DNA from: Leidyana gryllorum EB-2025a
Taxonomy: Eukaryota > Protista > Apicomplexa
DNA: 49,279 nt
Reading direction: 5' to 3'
Assembly (NCBI GenBank): GCA_048772705.1
Contig: JBLWGC010000005.1
Location: 1 to 49,279, forward strand
Of the stretch, positions 49,221-49,279 are shown one piece after another. Made by a program: the position numbers and the translations under genes. The notes below the pieces were generated by a model that saw nothing but the letters and a program-made list of their open reading frames with translations, was not told the DNA's origin and did not search any database. Numbering within the stretch: position 1 is the stretch's first letter; every line of letters starts with the position of its first letter.

Positions 49221-49279
49221 GGTCTTGTAGCTAGGTCGGCAGAGCGTGTGGCTGTTAACCACAAACCCGCCGGTTCGAA
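49221..49279 (+). tRNA. trnN: tRNA-Asn(GTT) variant, cut by window end
   Basis: matches 30843. Confidence 0.7.

Larger units (their letters stand above)
1..49279. repeat. Mosaic tRNA gene mega-cluster built from segmental duplications
   Basis: tRNA genes and relics from end to end; blocks recur in both orientations. Confidence 0.95.

Noticed and set aside
144-49262. All ORFs in the six-frame track, e.g. 3068..3760 (230 aa) and 11690..12415 (241 aa)
   Set aside because: They are translations of tRNA genes and spacers (recurring GFEPT, GIEPG, VRFP motifs come from T-arms); no recognisable protein domain.
1-49279. CRISPR array or integron-like cassette array
   Set aside because: Repeats are 71-84 nt tRNA cloverleaves in both orientations, spacers are themselves repeated, and no cas or integrase gene is present.
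1-49279. Bacterial, phage or organellar tRNA array
   Set aside because: No encoded CCA, eukaryotic A34 anticodon set, eukaryotic iMet, Tyr C1:G72 with short variable arm and a 37/38 intron.
1-49279. tRNA-derived SINE family
   Set aside because: Many isotypes, no shared tail, poly-A or target-site duplications; copies move together with their neighbours as DNA blocks.
1-49279. 5S rRNA, U6 or 7SL genes; assignment to a named organism
   Set aside because: No recognisable match by eye; an Rfam scan and database search are needed.

Overview
The window is eukaryotic nuclear DNA of unidentified lineage (probably a protist) with no credible protein-coding gene. It is an almost continuous mosaic of tRNA genes on both strands. 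By eye I count well over 100 full-length tRNA genes or near-intact variants, plus many decayed relics, roughly one tRNA-derived element every 150-250 bp. They cover all 20 amino acids and 43 anticodon classes including initiator Met; only Pro-TGG, Leu-TAA, Val-TAC and Sec were not seen. Cytosolic eukaryote hallmarks: no encoded CCA, A34 anticodons for Ala/Arg/Ile/Leu/Pro/Ser/Thr/Val, iMet with A1:U72/A54/A60, His lacking G-1, and Tyr with C1:G72 and an intron. The array is not a simple tandem repeat: it is built from reshuffled direct and inverted segmental duplications of about 1-3 kb. Their breakpoints often fall inside tRNA genes and yield chimeric, isoacceptor-swapped and anticodon-shifted copies. 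Notable oddities are a 7-nt Tyr intron, an intact elongator-Met body carrying a TAT anticodon, a fixed C54 in His, and scarce oligo-dT Pol III terminators. Coordinates were read by hand and may be off by 1-2 nt; intact versus pseudogene calls are judgements from stem pairing and A/B-box integrity.
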